Source: Candidatus Nomurabacteria bacterium (GTDB lineage: Bacteria; Patescibacteriota; Minisyncoccia; Phycocordibacterales; UBA5272). Taken from it: a stretch of DNA of 64,000 nucleotides. Location of the stretch: NCBI GenBank assembly GCA_040376695.1, contig JBEIQD010000001.1:15615-79614 (forward strand), given 5' to 3'. The notes under the pieces were generated by a model. It was not told where the DNA came from, searched no databases, and saw only the letters and a program-made list of their open reading frames with translations. This document shows, piece after piece, positions 28,583 to 39,466 of this stretch. A program made the position numbers and the translations under genes. How positions within the stretch are numbered: position 1 is the stretch's first letter; each line of letters begins with the position of its first letter.

Positions 28583-30472
28583 ATGGGAAAAATTATCGGT
28601 ATTGACCTCGGAACAACAAACTCAGCTGTCGCAATTATTGAAGCAGGACAGCCAAAAATTATAGAAAACCTTGAAGGTAATCGCACGACACCTTCTGTTG
28701 TGTCGGTTAACAAAAATGGCGAACGAGCTGTGGGACAAATAGCAAAGCGTCAGGCTGTTACGAATCCAGAGAACACGGTGTACGGTGTGAAGCGTTTTAT
28801 GGGGCACTCATTTGATGATAAAGAAGTACAGGCTGATGTTCCTCGTGTTGCATACAAAATTAAGAAGAGTGATAACGGAGGTGTGCTTATTACACTCGGT
28901 GGAAAGGATGCTCGTCCAGAAGAAATCTCAGCGATGATTCTTCAGAAGATAAAAGCTGATGTAGAAGCAAAACTTGGTGAGACAATCACACAAGCGGTCA
29001 TTACTGTACCTGCGTATTTTAATGATACACAACGTCAGGCTACAGTGGACGCTGGCAAGATTGCCGGTCTTGAAGTGATGCGTATTATTCCTGAACCAAC
29101 AGCAGCAGCTCTTGCGTATGGATTTAACAGTATCAAAAACGAAAAGATCGCGGTGTATGACTTTGGAGGAGGAACGTTCGATATTTCAATCCTAGAAGTA
29201 GGTGATGGTGTTGTAGAAGTAAAGTCAGTTGATGGAGACTCACACCTAGGAGGTCGTGATATCGATCAGATGTTTGTTCAGTTTATTGCTTCTGAGTTTA
29301 AGAAGGATCAAGGGATTGATGTAAGTACCGATCCGCTTGCTCTTCAGCGACTTGATGAAGCAGCAGAAAAGGCAAAGCATGAACTTTCAACACAAGTAGA
29401 AACAGAAATTAACCTTCCATTTATTACATCAGGAGTTGATGGACCAAAGCACCTCGTTGTAAAAGTAACTCGTGCTCAACTTGAAGGAATTGCAAAGGAA
29501 TTCATCGATCGTTCAATCGAAATCACAAAGCGTGCAATCGAAAGCTCTCCATTTAAGAAGGAAGAAATTGATGAAATTATTATGGTTGGAGGGCAGACTC
29601 GTATGCCTATGATTATTGAGGCTGTGAAAGCACTCTTTGGTAAGGAGCCAAATCGTTCAATCAACCCGGATGAAGTGGTAGCTCTTGGTGCGGCTGTACA
29701 GGCCGGCGTGCTTCAGGGAGACGTTAAAGATCTTCTTCTTTTGGATGTAATCCCACTTTCTCTTGGAATTGAAACGATGGGTGGAGTTGCTACAAAGCTC
29801 GTAGAAAAAAACACCACTATTCCAACATCAAAGTCTCAGGTGTTCTCAACAGCAGCTGATAGTCAAACATCTGTTGAAATTCACATCACACAAGGTGAAC
29901 GTCCACTTGCAACTGATAACAAATCGCTCGGTAGGTTTATTCTAGACGGTATTCCACCAGCTCCACGAGGCATTCCACAGGTGGAAGTAACGTTTGATGT
30001 AGACGCAAACGGAATTCTTCAGGTGAAGGCAAAGGATAAGACATCTGGTAAGGAACAGTCTATTCGTATCGAAGCATCTTCTGGTCTTACTGATGAAGAT
30101 ATCAAGCGTATGCAAGCAGATGCTGAAGCTCATGCCGAAGAAGACAAGAAGAAAATGGAGCTTATCGAAACAAAGAATCTTGCAGATCAAATGGTTCATA
30201 CTGCAGAAAAAGCACTTAAGGATGCTGAAGGAAAAATAAGCGATGATATTAAGAATGAAATCACTTCGGTGATTGAAGAAGTCAAAACTGCTCGCGCGGG
30301 AGATGATGCTGAAGCAATTAAATCAACATCTGAAAAACTTTCAACAGCAATGATGAAAATCGGAGAAGCAATGAAGACGGCAAATGATAATGCAACAGCT
30401 GAATCAGCAACTTCTTCAGAGGGACAAGCAGAACCAGCTTCTGAAGAAAAGAAAGAAGAAGGTCAGGCATAA
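28583..30472 (+). CDS. dnaK: Chaperone DnaK
   Basis: [40 protein letters not shown]. Confidence 0.98.
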   Translation: MGKIIGIDLGTTNSAVAIIEAGQPKIIENLEGNRTTPSVVSVNKNGERAVGQIAKRQAVTNPENTVYGVKRFMGHSFDDKEVQADVPRVAYKIKKSDNGGVLITLGGKDARPEEISAMILQKIKADVEAKLGETITQAVITVPAYFNDTQRQATVDAGKIAGLEVMRIIPEPTAAALAYGFNSIKNEKIAVYDFGGGTFDISILEVGDGVVEVKSVDGDSHLGGRDIDQMFVQFIASEFKKDQGIDVSTDPLALQRLDEAAEKAKHELSTQVETEINLPFITSGVDGPKHLVVKVTRAQLEGIAKEFIDRSIEITKRAIESSPFKKEEIDEIIMVGGQTRMPMIIEAVKALFGKEPNRSINPDEVVALGAAVQAGVLQGDVKDLLLLDVIPLSLGIETMGGVATKLVEKNTTIPTSKSQVFSTAADSQTSVEIHITQGERPLATDNKSLGRFILDGIPPAPRGIPQVEVTFDVDANGILQVKAKDKTSGKEQSIRIEASSGLTDEDIKRMQADAEAHAEEDKKKMELIETKNLADQMVHTAEKALKDAEGKISDDIKNEITSVIEEVKTARAGDDAEAIKSTSEKLSTAMMKIGEAMKTANDNATAESATSSEGQAEPASEEKKEEGQA

Positions 30473-30475
30473 ACC

Positions 30476-31534
30476 ATGGCAAAAAATTATTACGAAGTAC
30501 TTGGAGTAGATAAGGGGGCAAAGAAAGAGGATATCAAAAAGGCCTTCTATAAACTCGCCGCAAAGTATCACCCGGATAAAGGGGGGGATGAAGCAAAGTT
30601 TAAAGAAGTAAACGAAGCCTACCAGACACTCTCTGATGAGAAAAAAAGAAAGGAGTACGATACCTACGGACAAACATTCAACGGACAAGGACCACAAGGA
30701 GGAGGGTTTGGTGGTTTCAACGCATCAGACTTCCAAGATATGCAGTTTGATTTTGGGGATTTAGGAGACATGTTCGGGGACATGTTCGGGGGAGGATCTC
30801 GCACTAAACGTGGACGCGATATTTCTCTTGAAATAGATGTGACTTTTAAAGAGGCTGTCTTTGGTACTGAGCGTAATGTGCTTATCAATAAAGTTGGAGA
30901 ATGTTCAACATGTGATGGAACAGGAGCAAAGAAAGGAAGTGCAATGAGTACATGTACCACTTGTAACGGACAAGGAAAAGTACATGATGTGAAGCGAACA
31001 TTTATGGGTAATTTCCAAACAGTTAAAACTTGTGATGTCTGTCACGGGAAAGGAAAGATTCCTAAAGATAAGTGTCATGATTGTCGCGGAGCAGGTGTGC
31101 TTAATAAACGTGAAGAAATCCATATTCAGGTTCCAGCGGGTATTTCAAACGGTGAGATGATCAGAATGACCGCAATGGGGGAAGCTGTGTCTGGTGGTCA
31201 AACTGGAGATCTCTACGTGAAGATAAACGTTCAGTCAGACAAAGTCTGGAAGCGTGAAGGAAATGATTTGGTCATCAAACATTCAATAAAACTAACCGAT
31301 GCACTTCTTGGTACTAAGCAAGCAATTGAAGGGCTCGATGGGACTATTGATATCGATATTCCAGCTGGAGTTTCTGCCGGAGAAATTCTTCGTGTAAAAC
31401 ATCGCGGAGTTCCGCATGTTCACGACAAACAAAAACGTGGAGACGTGCTTGTTAAATTAGATATTGCCATGCCAAAGAAACTTTCTAAAGCAGCAATGAA
31501 ATTTATTCAAGGACTTCAAGAAGAAGGTCTCTAA
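30476..31534 (+). CDS. dnaJ: Chaperone DnaJ
   Basis: J domain with HPD, G/F region, four CxxCxGxG repeats. Confidence 0.97.
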   Translation: MAKNYYEVLGVDKGAKKEDIKKAFYKLAAKYHPDKGGDEAKFKEVNEAYQTLSDEKKRKEYDTYGQTFNGQGPQGGGFGGFNASDFQDMQFDFGDLGDMFGDMFGGGSRTKRGRDISLEIDVTFKEAVFGTERNVLINKVGECSTCDGTGAKKGSAMSTCTTCNGQGKVHDVKRTFMGNFQTVKTCDVCHGKGKIPKDKCHDCRGAGVLNKREEIHIQVPAGISNGEMIRMTAMGEAVSGGQTGDLYVKINVQSDKVWKREGNDLVIKHSIKLTDALLGTKQAIEGLDGTIDIDIPAGVSAGEILRVKHRGVPHVHDKQKRGDVLVKLDIAMPKKLSKAAMKFIQGLQEEGL

Positions 31535-31546
31535 AACTAGAGAGTA

Positions 31547-31587
31547 AAATGTAAAGAGCGACGTCTACGGCGTCGCTCTTTACATTT
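31547..31587. terminator. Terminator after dnaJ (17-bp arms)
   Basis: AAATGTAAAGAGCGACG-TCTACGG-CGTCGCTCTTTACATTT. Confidence 0.8.
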
Positions 31588-31653
31588 GCTTTTTATTGTT
31601 GCTTTATATAGAATGAAATCTTCGTAGTTCTTATTACATAACAAGGAGTCAGT

Positions 31654-32349
31654 ATGGCATCGAAACTTCCACCGCGAGTCCAAGATTGGATAGCGGCTAC
31701 TTTAAAAGCCGCTCCTAAACATCATCGTATTTCTCCTGCGAAAGCGGAGATTTACGTGCAGTCCACGTCAGAGTTTTTTAATGGAATCGTTGCAGATCAT
31801 CTGGTTTTGCGACGAGCTCAGGTTGGCTTTGATGCTCTAGAGCATGCTGATTGGGTATATCCAGCCCTGTGCTTAAGGGCAGGGGCCCAGACTCAATCTG
31901 AGGGAATCTCTCCACTTAATTCATGGGTGCTTAAGTCGCCCATTGATTGGGTTCCCACTTTCAGTCACATCATTGAAGAGTGTGAGTGGCGACGGGAAGT
32001 TATGGAACTGTGTTCCGATTCTCCTGCTGCACCGCTTTCCTTGGAACAGTTACAGGAGGAGCTCGTCGCAAAGACCTGTGAACAGGTGGTTGATTTTGTG
32101 AAGATTCTTGATATGTGGGTTGAGGCGGGCAGACCTCGTGAACAGCAAGACTGCTTCACCAACATGAACAGGAAACTGGTCAAAAGGGTATTGGATCGGC
32201 AAATAATAAATAAGCGTAGCGCAAAAGAAAAGCTCGACACGTTTAAAAAGTATTTCGCCCCGGACTTTTTAGTGGAACAGCTGGAAGGTGCATATGCGAA
32301 AGAATCTGCAATTTGTGAGCAATTGAGTGAATCAATGCGCTACTGCTAA
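31654..32349 (+). CDS. Orphan hypothetical protein (231 aa, helical)
   Basis: TTGCTT(31586)-17 bp-TAGAAT(31609) promoter; AAGGAG SD at 31643-31648; own terminator. Confidence 0.75.
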   Translation: MASKLPPRVQDWIAATLKAAPKHHRISPAKAEIYVQSTSEFFNGIVADHLVLRRAQVGFDALEHADWVYPALCLRAGAQTQSEGISPLNSWVLKSPIDWVPTFSHIIEECEWRREVMELCSDSPAAPLSLEQLQEELVAKTCEQVVDFVKILDMWVEAGRPREQQDCFTNMNRKLVKRVLDRQIINKRSAKEKLDTFKKYFAPDFLVEQLEGAYAKESAICEQLSESMRYC

Positions 32350-32354
32350 ATAAC

Positions 32355-32389
32355 AAACGACCTAAAGTGTACACTTTAGGTCGTTTTTT
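32355..32389. terminator. Perfect palindrome/terminator (16-bp arms)
   Basis: AAACGACCTAAAGTGT|ACACTTTAGGTCGTTT plus T-run. Confidence 0.8.
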
Positions 32390-32464
32390 CTTGCTTTACT
32401 TTTTGTATTTTCAGCCGTAGGATTGAAGGCAGTGGTACCCTATTTCTTTAAGGAGGGCATAAAT

Positions 32465-33070
32465 ATGAACTACCCTGAAGTTAATCTTTTGTATGCGCGG
32501 TGTTGTTTAACTTTTTCAGCATTCAAAAAGCAGGAAGAGGTTGATTTTCCTCAAAACGCCCTACTTTTTGTTAGCTCGCTCACAATACGTGCCAAGCTAC
32601 AAGAAAAGCTCGATGCAGTGCGAACGCAGTATCAGTTTATTCCAGACGAAGTTTACTTCACGTTTTTGATGGACGGTTCTATTGTTCCTCGCTTTGGAAG
32701 CGAACTTCTTTCAGTCAGTGTTCCGTTTATTGAACCTTCTGTTAGAGGATTGCAACAACTACCCATTTCTAAAGCACTTTCTTTTTCTTACGAAGAAGAA
32801 GTGATGCAGGAATACGGCAGATCATTGCGAGCCTTTCGTTCGATTTGTCAGGAGTTGAATCAAACCTGGATAGCCCGCGTCACTGAAAATAACAAAATTG
32901 ATTTTGTTATTTTAAAACTGGAAACAGAATATCACCAAACATTGCGTACATTACGTGCACTGGCTGTGTTTAGCTCAACGTCAAAAATGTACAAAGAGGT
33001 GGAACAAAAACTGAGCCGCGTAGGTAAGCTACTACAAAAACTTAAGTGGATTAAACAAGGAGGCGCATGA
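32465..33070 (+). CDS. Orphan hypothetical protein (201 aa, helical)
   Basis: Start moved to ATG 32465 because of AAGGAGG at 32450-32456; hairpin AGGCGC-ATGA-GCGCCT plus T-run overlaps the stop. Confidence 0.7.
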   Translation: MNYPEVNLLYARCCLTFSAFKKQEEVDFPQNALLFVSSLTIRAKLQEKLDAVRTQYQFIPDEVYFTFLMDGSIVPRFGSELLSVSVPFIEPSVRGLQQLPISKALSFSYEEEVMQEYGRSLRAFRSICQELNQTWIARVTENNKIDFVILKLETEYHQTLRTLRALAVFSSTSKMYKEVEQKLSRVGKLLQKLKWIKQGGA

Positions 33071-33132
33071 GCGCCTTTTCTTTTTATCTATATCAGTTAC
33101 ACTTATCTACATTATACTAACCAACTGTACTT

Positions 33133-34545
33133 ATGATTCTTGCTATTTTTGTCCTTACGTATGTGCTCATCATGATTCCGATAGGACTCTATGCTAGTCG
33201 TAAAGTAAAGAATACAGGGGATTATGTGCTAGCTGGTCGGTCACTTCCGTTTTATATGGCATTGGCAACGGTGTTCGCTACGTGGTTTGGTTCTGAATCA
33301 ATTCTCGGAGCTTCAACAAAATTTGCAGAAGGAGGATTTGGAAATGTTATTGAAGATCCTTTCGGAGCAGCGCTTTGTCTTATTATTGCTGGGTTGTTTT
33401 TTAACAGAAAGTTATACAACTTAAATTTCCTTACAATTGGAGATTATTTTAAGAATAGATACAACACGATCATTGCGATATTTCTTTCTGTTGCAATTAT
33501 CATTAGTTATTTCGGATGGGTGGCGGCACAATTTTTAGCGCTTGGACTTGTTCTTTCAACAGTTATTCCTGCACTCTCTCTCCAATGGGCAATTCTTTTT
33601 GCTGCAGCGCTCGTAACCATGTATACCTTTTTTGGAGGAATGTACTCAGTGGCAACGCTCGATACTATTCAAGTGGTTGTTATTACACTTGGGCTTGGAG
33701 CCGTGTTTGCTTATGCGATGGCAAAGATAGGGGGAATTGATGCTTTGGTAGCGGGAACACCTCCGGAGTTTTGGCATGTTACACCAAGTATGTCTGGATC
33801 GTTAACTGAATGGATTATTTTTGTGACGGCGCTCATGACTATCGGTTTTGGTTCTATTCCACAACAAGATGTATATCAACGTGCCATGTCAGCAAAATCT
33901 GCCACTGTTTCTGTGTGGGCATCAGTTATTGGAGGGCTCCTTTATTTCACTATAGTGCTCATGCCACTTTTCATCGCAGGAGCTGCTCGTATCTTGTACC
34001 CTGATGTTCTAGAAAGTAATCCGCAGAATCTTGTCTTAACACTTATCCAGGATCATACGCCATTGTTCTTGCAGGTCCTTTTCTTCGGAGCCTTGGTTTC
34101 TGCTATTATCTCTACCGCCTCAGGTGCCCTCCTTGCCCCTGGGACGCTTCTTGCGGAAAACATTGTTAAGCCATTCTTTAGTGATATTTCAGATAAGCTT
34201 CGTCTTCATATTATTCGTATTGCGGTGATGTTGATTGCGGTAGGAGGTGTTGTGCTTGCACTACGGGATGATGCACGTATCTATGAACTAGTTGCGAGTG
34301 CGTATTCGGTTACTTTAGTAGCAGGGTTCATTCCTCTTGCTGTTGGGTTATACAGTAAGAAAGCAAATTCATTCGGCGCTCTTATTTCTATTGTTGCCGG
34401 TATGAGCACGTGGCAGTATTGGGAGCACTTCGTGGTGTCAGATATTCCTGGAACCTTCATGGGATTCACTGCTTCAGCTGTCGGTATGGTGATAGGAACT
34501 ATTATCGGGCGATTTATTCAAAAGGAAGAGAAGGTAATGCTCTAA
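33133..34545 (+). CDS. Sodium:solute symporter (SSS family)
   Basis: DYVLAGRSLP, ATWFG, YTFFGGMYSVA, QQDVYQR, SAIISTAS; about 13 TM segments. Confidence 0.92.
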   Translation: MILAIFVLTYVLIMIPIGLYASRKVKNTGDYVLAGRSLPFYMALATVFATWFGSESILGASTKFAEGGFGNVIEDPFGAALCLIIAGLFFNRKLYNLNFLTIGDYFKNRYNTIIAIFLSVAIIISYFGWVAAQFLALGLVLSTVIPALSLQWAILFAAALVTMYTFFGGMYSVATLDTIQVVVITLGLGAVFAYAMAKIGGIDALVAGTPPEFWHVTPSMSGSLTEWIIFVTALMTIGFGSIPQQDVYQRAMSAKSATVSVWASVIGGLLYFTIVLMPLFIAGAARILYPDVLESNPQNLVLTLIQDHTPLFLQVLFFGALVSAIISTASGALLAPGTLLAENIVKPFFSDISDKLRLHIIRIAVMLIAVGGVVLALRDDARIYELVASAYSVTLVAGFIPLAVGLYSKKANSFGALISIVAGMSTWQYWEHFVVSDIPGTFMGFTASAVGMVIGTIIGRFIQKEEKVML

Positions 34546-34560
34546 TGATATACTAAAAAT

Positions 34561-35565
34561 ATGTTCGGATTTTCTTCTGAAAAAAGTAATAAAAAAATTC
34601 TTCTCTCTGGTGTTCAGTCAACAGGGACACTTCATTTTGGAAATTATTTTGGTGCGATGAAACAAAATATAGAACTTGGAAACGACGAAGCCTTTGACTC
34701 GTATGTGTTTATTGCAGACTATCATTCACTTACTACGGTGAAGGATAAAGTTGCTCTACGTAAAAGCGCCCTTGAAATTGCTGCAGCCTATATTGCGTGT
34801 GGGTTGGATACAAATAAAGTGACACTGTTTAGACAATCCGCTGTTCCTGAACACACTGAACTTGCTATCATTTTAAATAACGTGGTTACCATGCCATACC
34901 TCATGCGAGCACATGCTTTTAAAGATCATGAAGCAAAGAGCCAAGAAGTAAACGTGGGACTTTTCTGTTACCCGGTTCTTATGGCAGCAGACATTCTTAT
35001 GTATGGAGCAGATGTTGTTCCTGTAGGACAGGACCAGAAGCAACACATTGAGTATGCGCGTGATATTGCAGGTTTTTATAATAGAGCGTGGAATGTTGAA
35101 CAGTTTAAGCTGCCGCAAGATCTTATTATGAAAGATGTCGCTGTTGTACCTGGAGTGGATGGAGAAAAAATGAGTAAGAGTAAAGGAAATGTTATATCAC
35201 TTTTTGGAGATGATGCTGATATCAAAAAAGCTGTAATGGGAATTGTGACTGATAGTGCTCATCCTGACGATAAGAAAAATCCTGACACTAATACTATTTT
35301 TAATATTCATAAACTTTTTTTGACACACGCTGAGATTGATGCACTTCGTTCAAAATTTGAACAAGGTGGATATGGATATAAGCAAGCAAAAGATGAACTA
35401 CTTGAAACTATTATGAGATGGAGAACAGGGAAGAAAGAAGTGTTCGATGAACTTATGTCTAATCCCTCAAAAATAGAAGCACTTTTAGAAGAAGGGGGTA
35501 AGCGTGCTCGCGTCCGCGCACAGCAGACAATGAAAGAAGTAAGAACTCAGGTAGGATTGGAATAA
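34561..35565 (+). CDS. trpS: Tryptophanyl-tRNA synthetase
   Basis: HFGN, YPVLMAADIL, VPVGQDQKQH, KMSKS. Confidence 0.97.
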   Translation: MFGFSSEKSNKKILLSGVQSTGTLHFGNYFGAMKQNIELGNDEAFDSYVFIADYHSLTTVKDKVALRKSALEIAAAYIACGLDTNKVTLFRQSAVPEHTELAIILNNVVTMPYLMRAHAFKDHEAKSQEVNVGLFCYPVLMAADILMYGADVVPVGQDQKQHIEYARDIAGFYNRAWNVEQFKLPQDLIMKDVAVVPGVDGEKMSKSKGNVISLFGDDADIKKAVMGIVTDSAHPDDKKNPDTNTIFNIHKLFLTHAEIDALRSKFEQGGYGYKQAKDELLETIMRWRTGKKEVFDELMSNPSKIEALLEEGGKRARVRAQQTMKEVRTQVGLE

Positions 35566-35594
35566 CAACGTTTTTTTGCTATAGTGAAATGATT

Positions 35595-37004
35595 ATGCGT
35601 ACGTATATTAAGGACTTATCGGCACATGTCGGACAGGAGATATCTGTCTCTGTTTGGGTTGATGTCAGGCGTGATCAAGGGAAAATGGTTTTTCTCGATC
35701 TTCGAGATGTTACAGGAAAAGCCCAGGCTATTGTTTTGCCTAATCATACGGAAGCCCTTGAGGTGGCACAAAGACTTCGCCCTGAATGGGTAGTGGAAGT
35801 CCGGGGACTTGTTAACAAACGTCCAGAGAAAAATATTAAACAAGGTGTACTTAATGGTGATATCGAACTTGAGGTTCTTTCTATTCTTGTTCTTAACGAA
35901 GCAGAAACTCCAGCCTTTGATATTTCAACAGATGGACGCGAAATCGGGGAAGAGGTTCGTCTTGAGAAAAAATATCTAGACCTTCGTCGTGCCCGTATGC
36001 AGAGAAATATTTCAATGAGACATAAGCTGATTAGTCATGTTCGTGCCTATCTTGGTGAACAATCATTCCTTGAAATTGAAACACCTCTTCTGACTAATCC
36101 AACACCAGAAGGTTCACGGTCATACCTTGTTCCGTCTCGTGTGCATCCTGGTAATTTTTACGCACTACCACAATCTCCTCAGCAGTATAAGCAGCTTCTC
36201 ATGTCAGCGGGATTTGAACGCTACTTTCAAATAGCAAAGTGTATGCGCGATGAAGATACTCGCGGCGATCGTCAGCCAGAATTTACACAAATGGACCTCG
36301 AAATGAGTTTTGTCGTCCGTGAAGATGTGATGAAGTTAAACGAAGGACTATTAATTGATCTCGTTACAAAACTTTTCCCAGAGAAAAAAATTCAAACAGT
36401 ACCATTTCCTGTTCTTACTTACGCAGAAGCAATGGAGAAATACGGAACTGATAAGCCAGATATTCGAACAGACAAAGAAGATGAAAACCTGCTAGCATTT
36501 TGTTGGGTGATCGATTTTCCGGCTTTTGAAAAAACAACTGAAGATACAGTTGATGGAAATGGTGACTGGACATTTACCCACAATCCGTTCACCGGAGTTA
36601 AGGATGAATTCATCAACGATCTTATGGAGAAGAAAAATATTGGTAACATTATTTCAACTCAGTATGATATTGCAATGAATGGTTACGAAATAGGTGGTGG
36701 AGGAATACGTCTTCATAAACCTGAGGCGTTACGTAAAGTATTCGAGATTATGGGATACAGTGATGAGCGTATTGAAACAAACTTTGGTCATATGCTAAAA
36801 GCCCTAGGCTCAGGCACGCCGCCACATGGCGGTATTGCATGGGGACTCGATCGTCTTCTGATGGTATTGCTTAATGAACCAAACATTCGCGAAGTAATGG
36901 CATTCCCAAAGACTGGTGAAGGAAAAGATATTCTTATGCAGGCTCCGTCTCCAGCGCCCGAAAAAACATTAAAGGAGCTAGGAATTACTTTACAGAAAAA
37001 ATAA
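35595..37004 (+). CDS. aspS: Aspartyl-tRNA synthetase (lacks GAD insertion)
   Basis: YALPQSPQQYKQLLM, RDEDTRGDRQPEFTQMDLEMSF, PPHGGIAWGLDRL. Confidence 0.96.
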   Translation: MRTYIKDLSAHVGQEISVSVWVDVRRDQGKMVFLDLRDVTGKAQAIVLPNHTEALEVAQRLRPEWVVEVRGLVNKRPEKNIKQGVLNGDIELEVLSILVLNEAETPAFDISTDGREIGEEVRLEKKYLDLRRARMQRNISMRHKLISHVRAYLGEQSFLEIETPLLTNPTPEGSRSYLVPSRVHPGNFYALPQSPQQYKQLLMSAGFERYFQIAKCMRDEDTRGDRQPEFTQMDLEMSFVVREDVMKLNEGLLIDLVTKLFPEKKIQTVPFPVLTYAEAMEKYGTDKPDIRTDKEDENLLAFCWVIDFPAFEKTTEDTVDGNGDWTFTHNPFTGVKDEFINDLMEKKNIGNIISTQYDIAMNGYEIGGGGIRLHKPEALRKVFEIMGYSDERIETNFGHMLKALGSGTPPHGGIAWGLDRLLMVLLNEPNIREVMAFPKTGEGKDILMQAPSPAPEKTLKELGITLQKK

Positions 37005-37070
37005 TCTAGAATGAATAAAGGTGTGAAAAGATCAACGAAGGTTGATCTTTTTTCATGGTATAGTAACTAT

Positions 37071-38201
37071 ATGATTAAAAAAGCTCTTATAGGAATACTT
37101 ATATTGCAGAGTATTTCCTTTTCTTATGCAGCACTTGAGACAGCTATTTGGATTCCTTACTGGAGAAAATCAGAAGGTGCTACATCTACGCTTGCGAATT
37201 TGGATAAGGTGACTCAAATAAGTCCTTTTGCGTATGAGTTACAAGCTGATGGATCCATAAAAGATGCGCTGAAAGCTACAGAGGAACCTTGGACGACGCT
37301 TATTAAAGAAGCAAAGAAAAAGAAAATAAAAATATATCCAAGTATACTGTCATACCCTCAAACTTCTACTGAACAGAACAGTGTGTACCTGCTTCTTGCT
37401 CAAAAGAAGAAACGACAAGCACATGTGCAGGAAATCGTAGCGCTCGTTAAGAAAAACAAATTTGATGGTATAGATATTGATTATGAAAATAAACTAGCAG
37501 ACACTAGGCCGTATTTTTCTATTTTTCTTACTGAATTAGGTGTAGCTCTAAGAAAAGATGGAAAAAAACTTATCTGTACTGTTGAGGCACGAACGCCACC
37601 AGAAAGTAAGTATGCAACAACATCAAAAGAAATTCTCTCTCGAGTTGAGTACGCAAATGATTATAAGACGATAGGGAAGGTTTGTGATCAGGTTCGTATT
37701 ATGGCGTATGACCAAGGGTTAGATGATGCTAATCTTGTTAACCAAAATAAAATCATGGGAGCTTTATACCGTCCTGTGGCAGATATTGAATGGGTTAAAA
37801 AGATAATGACGCTTGCGATGGAAGATATTCCAGCAAAGAAGTTATTTATTGGAGTGGCAACGTATGGATATAAATATGAAATTATTCCTGCTACAGCAAC
37901 ATCAAGTTTGCGATCTCCACGAATTGGTTCAATGAATTATAACTACACCGATGAATTGGTTAAGATGTTGAATATAACGCCTACACGTAATAGTGCTGGG
38001 GAATTGCACTTTACGTATGCAACTTCTACTGGGGTGGAGGGTGAGCAACTAGGTGGAATAAAACAGTTTCTTGTGTGGTATTCTGACGCTCAATCTATTG
38101 CTGACAAAATACGCATAGCAAAATTATATAACCTTGCAGGCATTGCAATATTTAAGATTGATGGAGGGCAGGACCCACGCGTATGGAGTGTTCTTAAATA
38201 A
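37071..38201 (+). CDS. Secreted glycoside hydrolase family 18 protein
   Basis: Signal peptide; intact FDGIDIDYE catalytic motif; IMAYD. Confidence 0.88.
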   Translation: MIKKALIGILILQSISFSYAALETAIWIPYWRKSEGATSTLANLDKVTQISPFAYELQADGSIKDALKATEEPWTTLIKEAKKKKIKIYPSILSYPQTSTEQNSVYLLLAQKKKRQAHVQEIVALVKKNKFDGIDIDYENKLADTRPYFSIFLTELGVALRKDGKKLICTVEARTPPESKYATTSKEILSRVEYANDYKTIGKVCDQVRIMAYDQGLDDANLVNQNKIMGALYRPVADIEWVKKIMTLAMEDIPAKKLFIGVATYGYKYEIIPATATSSLRSPRIGSMNYNYTDELVKMLNITPTRNSAGELHFTYATSTGVEGEQLGGIKQFLVWYSDAQSIADKIRIAKLYNLAGIAIFKIDGGQDPRVWSVLK

Positions 38202-38203
38202 CT

Positions 38204-38935
38204 ATGTCAGATCAAGCCTTTACAATAAAATTAGATAGATTTGAAGGCCCGTATACCAAGCTTCTTGATCTTATTGAAGATAAGAAACTTTCTATAACAG
38301 AAATCTCTCTTGTCTCTGTGGCGGATGAATATATTTTGTATATAAAAAGTCTTGATCAAAAAAACCTTGTAGATATTTCTCAGTTTATTGTTGTAGCAAG
38401 TACGCTCATGCTTATGAAGGCAAAGTCTCTGTTGCCTGGAGTTGTGTATACAGAAGAAGAAGAGAAGCAAGTTCATGATCTAGAACATAAACTTGAACTC
38501 TACGCACTTTTAACAGGAGCGTCTGGGCGTATGAGAAATATTTTCATGAAGCAACGATTGTTTTCTCGAGAACGTATTGCGTATAAAGGTGGAGCAGTAT
38601 TTGTTCCCGATAGACGTGTATCTTCTTCAATGCTTCAATCAATAGCCCATTTAACACTTGCTTCATTTGTTACTCCAAAGCAACTTGTCAAAGTTGCTGT
38701 TGAAGCGGCTCTTCGCATTGAAAATGTTATTGAATCACTACTTACTCGTGTGCGAGGTATGCAGGCGGTAACACTTCAAGGTCTTGCGGATGGAGCAAAA
38801 ACAATCGAAGAAAGAAAGAAGCTTCTGATTGTTAATTTTATTGCACTCCTAGAATTGGTGAGAAGTGGTGCGATCCACGCTTCTCAAACTGCTGACGGTG
38901 GTGATATTGAACTAGTAAGCGCTCAAGCAAAGTAG
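38204..38935 (+). CDS. scpA: Segregation/condensation protein ScpA
   Basis: FEGPYTKLLDLI, LMKAKSLLP, FIALLEL. Confidence 0.93.
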   Translation: MSDQAFTIKLDRFEGPYTKLLDLIEDKKLSITEISLVSVADEYILYIKSLDQKNLVDISQFIVVASTLMLMKAKSLLPGVVYTEEEEKQVHDLEHKLELYALLTGASGRMRNIFMKQRLFSRERIAYKGGAVFVPDRRVSSSMLQSIAHLTLASFVTPKQLVKVAVEAALRIENVIESLLTRVRGMQAVTLQGLADGAKTIEERKKLLIVNFIALLELVRSGAIHASQTADGGDIELVSAQAK

Positions 38936-38953
38936 CATGATAGAATATAGTAT

Positions 38954-39460
38954 ATGCTTCATAAACTCGTAACAATTCTTTTTCTTTCAGGTGAACCAAT
39001 CAAGATAGATACACTGTCTTCACTTCTTGTTGTTCCGCGAGAGGAGATAGAAAAGCATATTGAAGAGCTTGGAGCAGCTTTAAATTCTATCGGACTTTCA
39101 CTTCTTCGCAGTAATGATGGGTTGTCCATTGTTACGCAATCAGTTCAAGCACCACTTGTTGAAGCTTTTTGGCGAGAAGAGTTAGAGGGAGATCTTACAC
39201 CCGCAACACTTCAAGTGTTAACATTAGTTGCGTATATTGGAACTCCAACACGTGAAGAAATATCCTATATTCGAGGGGTTCAGTCTTCTCAGTCAATTCG
39301 TACACTTACTGTGCGTGGGCTTATTTCGCGCACAGGGGAGGTTTGCGCTTTAACAGGAGATGCTCTCAAACAGTTGGGTGTGACTACCGTTGAGGAACTT
39401 CCCGATTACGCAACACTTCATGCGAGTTTTGTAGAAAAATTAGAAGCCCGTGGCATGTAA
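38954..39460 (+). CDS. scpB: Segregation/condensation protein ScpB
   Basis: ILFLSGEP, PTREEISYIRGV, EELP. Confidence 0.92.
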   Translation: MLHKLVTILFLSGEPIKIDTLSSLLVVPREEIEKHIEELGAALNSIGLSLLRSNDGLSIVTQSVQAPLVEAFWREELEGDLTPATLQVLTLVAYIGTPTREEISYIRGVQSSQSIRTLTVRGLISRTGEVCALTGDALKQLGVTTVEELPDYATLHASFVEKLEARGM

Positions 39461-39466
39461 GGGGGT

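Noticed and set aside
18924-37004. Short AlaRS and AspRS (and ProRS) as pseudogenes
   Set aside because: Catalytic motifs are intact; loss of the C-Ala, GAD and INS domains is a known form of streamlining.
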